From: Thauera sp.
GTDB taxonomy: Bacteria > Pseudomonadota > Gammaproteobacteria > Burkholderiales > Rhodocyclaceae
Length of the DNA: 61,993 nucleotides
NCBI GenBank assembly: GCA_030603925.1
Contig: JAUVWV010000001.1
Coordinates: 1-61,993 of the forward strand
Direction of reading: 5' to 3'
Below, in pieces: positions 61,770 through 61,993 of this stretch. How positions within the stretch are numbered: the first letter of the stretch is position 1; the number at the start of each line of letters is the position of its first letter. The notes under the pieces are model-generated. The model saw only the letters and a list, made by a program, of their open reading frames with translations. It was not told where the DNA came from and made no database searches. The translations under genes and the position numbers were made by a program.

Positions 61770-61834
61770 TGGTGTCCGACGCCACTACGTCCCGTCCGCA
61801 GGCCCGCGCTGTGGCCGTATCCGCACCGGCCGGC

Positions 61835-61993
61835 TCAGGACGGGGGCACCACCTTGCGCTGCGCCAGCACCAGCAGATTGCGCGGGGTGAGTTCGCGCGC
61901 GCCGAAGCGCCCCACTTCAACCTCGAAACCGCGCTCCGCCAGCCCCAGCGCAAGATCCATCACCAGCCAGAGTGCCAGCGGACGGCGAAAGGC
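61835..61993 (-). CDS. SAM-dependent methyltransferase-like protein, 3' end (partial)
   Basis: [44 protein letters not shown]...*; FRRPL..WL..D and TPRN are typical of this family's C-terminus. Confidence 0.7.
   Translation of the reverse strand, partial: AFRRPLALWLVMDLALGLAERGFEVEVGRFGARELTPRNLLVLAQRKVVPPS

Overview
High-GC betaproteobacterial chromosome segment; the gene content suggests a Thauera/Azoarcus-like Zoogloeaceae, which is inference. It runs from rpmA(3' end)-obgE-proB to katG and is rich in flocculation and aggregation functions. These are: a PepA-type PEP-CTERM gene with a sigma54 promoter and a PrsR-type enhancer; next to it a ThiF + nitroreductase pair, two FtsX/LolE-type permeases and an exosortase-associated N-acyltransferase; the sugar transferase-prsK-prsR-prsT operon; siaABCD; and four c-di-GMP genes (one degenerate, one broken by an in-frame TAA, one with a CXXCH sensor, plus siaD). 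Also present: a Mrp/Pha antiporter operon, prpE, uup, tRNA-Arg(CCT), tRNA-Ser(GGA) followed by an hsdR relic, an NsrR-boxed hemerythrin-ferredoxin-PpyR-like operon, a WYL regulator facing a small membrane protein across a palindrome, two chemoreceptors and psd. Best candidate for an uncharacterised system: a split oxazolone-synthetase-like (OxzAB-like) N-acyl-amino-acid pathway with Lol-like permeases, physically tied to PepA. Family calls come from motif recognition by eye; no searches were run.
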